Assembly (NCBI GenBank): GCA_046545955.1
Contig: JBKGYS010000003.1
Location: forward strand, 1 to 48,898
DNA length: 48,898 bases
Origin: Spirochaetales bacterium
GTDB taxonomy: Bacteria > Spirochaetota > Spirochaetia > DSM-27196 > SKKC01
Reading direction: 5' to 3'
In this document: one piece after another, positions 46,081 through 48,898 of the stretch
Layout of the letters: every line of letters starts with the position of its first letter
How positions within the stretch are numbered: the stretch's first letter is position 1
Made by a program: the position numbers and the translations under genes
Notes under the pieces: model-generated
Told to the model about the DNA's origin: nothing
Database searches by the model: none
The model's input: the letters and a program-made list of their open reading frames with translations, nothing else

Positions 46081-48898
46081 CGCCGGCTCGCGGGCATTTC
46101 GGAGTCGCGTTGTGCTTGCCCTTTTAATAACAGCTGCGTTGCTTCTTTCAATGGACCTCCAATTCGGAGCCCAGCCGCCGGATGGTTCGCGAGTCGTATC
46201 GGTAATAATTCGTCACGAGGGTGTCGAGCCCCGGGAGCTCGAGCGACTCATAACAGACCCGCTCGAAAGACACCTCTCCGGAACACCAGGTATCGAAGCG
46301 ATTCGAAGCGGCACGGAAGCTGGTCGTGTGAGAGTAGGCGTATCTGTCAGGCACAATGAGTCGGTTGACGACGTCTACGACGAGATACGCGACAAGGTCG
46401 AAGTGCTCTACGAACAACTACCCGATGCGGTCCAGCGTCCGCGGATTGTTCGTGGAGATACCGAAACACTCCCGGTTGCCGTACTCTCGGTGAAGCAGGC
46501 TGGACGATCGCTCGGTGAGATTCGGCGACTCGCCGAGGACGAGCTTCGGCGAGAGCTCGAACGCATACCCGGGGTCGGGGAGGTAAGGGTTAGCGGCGGA
46601 TCGATCGAGGAGGTACATATCGATGTTAACCCCTCCATCCTGGCCTCGACGGCGATCGACTGGCGAGATCTCTCGCAACGAATGAACGACCGGCACGCGG
46701 TACGAAGTGCAGGCGTGTTTCGTAGCGACGCGAACGCGTTCCCGGTATTACTGGATTCACGACTCGATAGCTACGAACGGTTACACAATATCGAAATGGG
46801 CGCGGGCACGGGCACCATGCCCCTCGGGCGCATTGCGTCGATTCGCGCCGGCGAACGCAAGCCACGGACAATAAGCAGAATAGACGGCGACCAGGCGATT
46901 CTCCTCAGCGTGACTGCCGCCTCCGAGGCGAATATCATCTCCATGGCGGGACGGATCGAGGTTCTTCGGAATCAATGGACGCGCGAGCGAGGAATCATCA
47001 CGGAGGTGCTCGCCGACACCGGAGGCGACGCTCGCTCCGCGGTCGGGCGTACCCTCGCTGCACTTACGGCGTCCCTCCTATCGGTCCTCATAGTGGTCGC
47101 CGTTGGCTCGGGCTCGCCCTCGCGTGCTATCGAAACCGCGCTTGTAATTCCGACCGCTGTGCTCTTCGCTGCGGCCACTTTCGCATGGTTGGAAATACCG
47201 CTTGACGCCCCGATGCTCGCGGGCTTCGCGGTCTCCTCCGGCCTGATAGTCGACACAGCAATTGTACTGAATAGAGGAGGCGGGCGCACCACCAGCTACG
47301 CGGTGGCTACCTCGGTTGTGACCACCGTTGCTTCGCTTCTGCCCTTCCTGTTCTTCCCCGACATTTTCGGAAGCGCTACGGGTATCGCCGCTGCCTCGGC
47401 TGTGCTTGTCGCCATTTCTTTCCCTGTGGCGCTTCTCGTGCGCGCATGCCGTTTTTTTTCCGACGTCAGCTATCCGCCTTTCGCGATTCCCCGGCGTCTT
47501 TCGAGTCTCTCGCTGCGGCATCCGGTGCTCGCGCTCACCACGGCCGTCGTTGTCGTAATTCTCACCGCTGTTTTCGCATTCCGCGCCGGCTCGAGCCCGA
47601 GCGCCGTGACATCCGCGAAAGCACTGAGGATTCACGTCGAGTTCGAAAGCGGCGCATCGGTGCAATCGGTCGACCGGCGCTCGGCAAAGATCGCAGCGCG
47701 CTTGGGGAAGCTTGACGCTGTCAAACGTATTGAGTACGTCGCACGGCGAGACAACGCCACCATCGCGATCGAACCGGCAGGAACAAAGGCGTCCGGCCAG
47801 ATTACCCGCGCCGTCGAAAGGCTCGACGCCGAAGCAGCCGATGCAACGCTTCGGATGCTTTTGCCACCGGGCAGCTCGCAGGGGATCACGCCGGTCGAGC
47901 TTGCTGTCACGGGTCCTGATCGCGAACAAACGAGAGAGCTCGCAACGTCGCTTGCCGGAATCCTTACAGAACAACAGACCGACATCGAAGCCGACGATAG
48001 AACCCTTTCGGGAAGGAATCGGGCCGAATCGGTCGTTCTCCATTTCAAGGAGGATCCACCTGCACTCGTGATAGAACCGGATCGCGAACGGCTCGCTCGC
48101 TCGGGGCTTTCCGTCCGTTCGATAGGCGACACGGTTCGCTGGGCACTTCATGGTCCGGTTGTACTCAAATGGCAAACCGGAGCCGACGAGCTGGATGTGC
48201 GTTTAAGGGCTCGACGGGAACAAATGACTACGCGCAGCGACCTCGAATCACTGTTGATCCGAAGCGGGAACTCGTCGTCGGTTCGGCTTCATTCGGTGGC
48301 ACGCATCGGCTCTACCGAACGTCCTGCAAGAATCGACCGCTATAATCGGCAGCGCGCCTCCTTCATTACCGCTATGTATCCGATCCGAAGTATCGAAGGG
48401 ACAATGGAGACGCTAAACGCAAAGCTCGAGTCGCATCCAATGCCGCCGGGGTACGCCGTGCAGGTAGACCTCCGATATCGGCAACTCATCGGGCGCTACA
48501 GACTGCTTTGGGGCCTCCTTGCCGTAACCGCCATTGCTATCGTGCTGCTGGTAGCCGCAGCGTCTGAATCGTTGCGGGTAGCGGCAGCCACCCTGCTTTT
48601 CATACCACCGACGGTCTCCCTTACGATTCTGCCGTTTCTGATACATGCAGCTCCTCTCCACTTAGGAACTGTAGTCGGTGCGGTAATATTCATCGGCATC
48701 GCGGTGAACAATTCTGTTCTGATCGGCTTTCACGCCGTGGGAACGACGGTGGAACTCGCAATACACAAGCGGGCGCCGGATCTCCTGCTCGCCGGATTTA
48801 CCACATTGCTCGCAGCGGTTCCCCTGCTCCTGTTGACCTGGGAAACGCCCGGGACCGAAGTCGCGAACCGGATCGCCCGCGTACTGGCAAGTGGGACG
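46067..48898 (+). CDS. RND transporter permease subunit 2 (highly divergent; partial, runs off window)
   Basis: Not in ORF track (no stop in window). Hand translation from ATG 46067: MRKNSAG..EGVEPRELERLITDPLERHLSG..LPDAVQRPRI; TM4 GLIVDTAIVL; TM10 GIAVNNSVLI; ends IARVLASGT; start, middle and end are in the same frame (944 codons). Confidence 0.85.
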   Translation, partial: MRKNSAGSRAFRSRVVLALLITAALLLSMDLQFGAQPPDGSRVVSVIIRHEGVEPRELERLITDPLERHLSGTPGIEAIRSGTEAGRVRVGVSVRHNESVDDVYDEIRDKVEVLYEQLPDAVQRPRIVRGDTETLPVAVLSVKQAGRSLGEIRRLAEDELRRELERIPGVGEVRVSGGSIEEVHIDVNPSILASTAIDWRDLSQRMNDRHAVRSAGVFRSDANAFPVLLDSRLDSYERLHNIEMGAGTGTMPLGRIASIRAGERKPRTISRIDGDQAILLSVTAASEANIISMAGRIEVLRNQWTRERGIITEVLADTGGDARSAVGRTLAALTASLLSVLIVVAVGSGSPSRAIETALVIPTAVLFAAATFAWLEIPLDAPMLAGFAVSSGLIVDTAIVLNRGGGRTTSYAVATSVVTTVASLLPFLFFPDIFGSATGIAAASAVLVAISFPVALLVRACRFFSDVSYPPFAIPRRLSSLSLRHPVLALTTAVVVVILTAVFAFRAGSSPSAVTSAKALRIHVEFESGASVQSVDRRSAKIAARLGKLDAVKRIEYVARRDNATIAIEPAGTKASGQITRAVERLDAEAADATLRMLLPPGSSQGITPVELAVTGPDREQTRELATSLAGILTEQQTDIEADDRTLSGRNRAESVVLHFKEDPPALVIEPDRERLARSGLSVRSIGDTVRWALHGPVVLKWQTGADELDVRLRARREQMTTRSDLESLLIRSGNSSSVRLHSVARIGSTERPARIDRYNRQRASFITAMYPIRSIEGTMETLNAKLESHPMPPGYAVQVDLRYRQLIGRYRLLWGLLAVTAIAIVLLVAAASESLRVAAATLLFIPPTVSLTILPFLIHAAPLHLGTVVGAVIFIGIAVNNSVLIGFHAVGTTVELAIHKRAPDLLLAGFTTLLAAVPLLLLTWETPGTEVANRIARVLASGT

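Overview
GC-rich bacterial chromosome window, probably from a free-living spirochaete. This is inferred from a hairpin-less BesA-type efflux adaptor, a Tp15/PplA-like lipoprotein, many lipoproteins and acidic proteins. The left part (1-22.4 kb) is mostly housekeeping or accessory genes: a TVP38/DedA protein with a MerA/Lpd-like flavoprotein, YbjQ, a secreted CN-hydrolase, PTS enzyme I coupled to an HD protein, a TolC-MFP-RND pump with a PG0541-type protein, an RRM protein with a long leader, a GldA/F/G-like ABC system with DUF4340, and an HDAC-family deacetylase. The right part (22.5-48.9 kb) is the notable locus. It has a 4,075-aa Sec-signal-bearing, helical giant protein with internal Trp-periodic repeats, a Gly/Ala hydrophobic segment and a lower-GC C-terminal papain/C39-like domain, followed tightly by a lower-GC secreted protein (candidate immunity). 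Divergent from it is a tightly coupled 8-gene operon: TPR lipoprotein, lipoprotein, TolC, long-hairpin MFP, two Ig-like lipoproteins and two divergent RND subunits, the last running off the window and missing from the ORF track. I interpret this as a candidate RND/TolC-based export or delivery system for a giant polymorphic toxin. All family calls come from motif recognition by eye; no searches were run. No rRNA, tRNA, CRISPR or transposase was recognised.
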